The notes beneath the pieces were generated by a model, which saw nothing but the letters and a program-made list of their open reading frames with translations, was not told the DNA's origin and did no database searches. A stretch of 63,872 nucleotides of DNA, counting the filler, from Perkinsus chesapeaki ATCC PRA-425 (taxonomy: Eukaryota > Protista > Perkinsozoa), in the NCBI GenBank assembly GCA_013115145.1. It is 10 parts of 10 records of this genome, joined end to end, with 100 filler letters (N's around TTAATTAATTAA, not from the genome) between each part and the next. Parts side by side here need not be neighbours in the genome. Positions count along the whole stretch, not along the records: positions 62,719 to 63,872 come from JAAPAO010002147.1; 9 more parts are not named here. One strand, given 5' to 3'. Shown here one piece after another: positions 63,208 to 63,872 of the stretch (positions are counted from its first letter, which is position 1; each line of letters starts with the position of its first letter). The position numbers and the translations under genes were made by a program.

Positions 63208-63872
<665 letters not shown>

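Overview
Eukaryotic, intron-dense alveolate DNA, most likely Perkinsus (inferred from plastid-type DXS, CPW-WPC proteins, short GT-AG introns and tubulin sequences). The window is about ten contigs joined by artificial N..TTAATTAATTAA..N linkers, so adjacency across linkers means nothing. Host genes: ankyrin protein, LSMT-type SET protein, STYX-like pseudophosphatase, two tandem CPW-WPC genes, DXS (about 7 kb, 3' end missing), tetraspanin-like protein, tRNA-Thr(CGT), two alpha/beta-hydrolase paralogues, TPR protein, tail-anchored acidic protein, class 3 lipase and an alpha-tubulin/beta-tubulin tandem. Four pieces of BEL/Pao-like LTR retroelements are present, including a single ORF of more than 2,900 aa. 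The most unusual signals are: (1) tRNA T-arm/B-box fragments just inside the 5' ends of several spliceosomal introns; (2) a retroelement Gag with a CCCH finger in place of a CCHC knuckle, plus a long insertion before the RT catalytic motif shared by two elements; (3) a dinoflagellate-type tripartite plastid leader on DXS; (4) a 28-bp motif shared by two DXS introns; (5) a near-identical inverted 295-bp copy of one hydrolase's terminal exons behind its paralogue; (6) trypanosome-like alpha/beta tubulin linkage. All exon boundaries were read by eye and are approximate.
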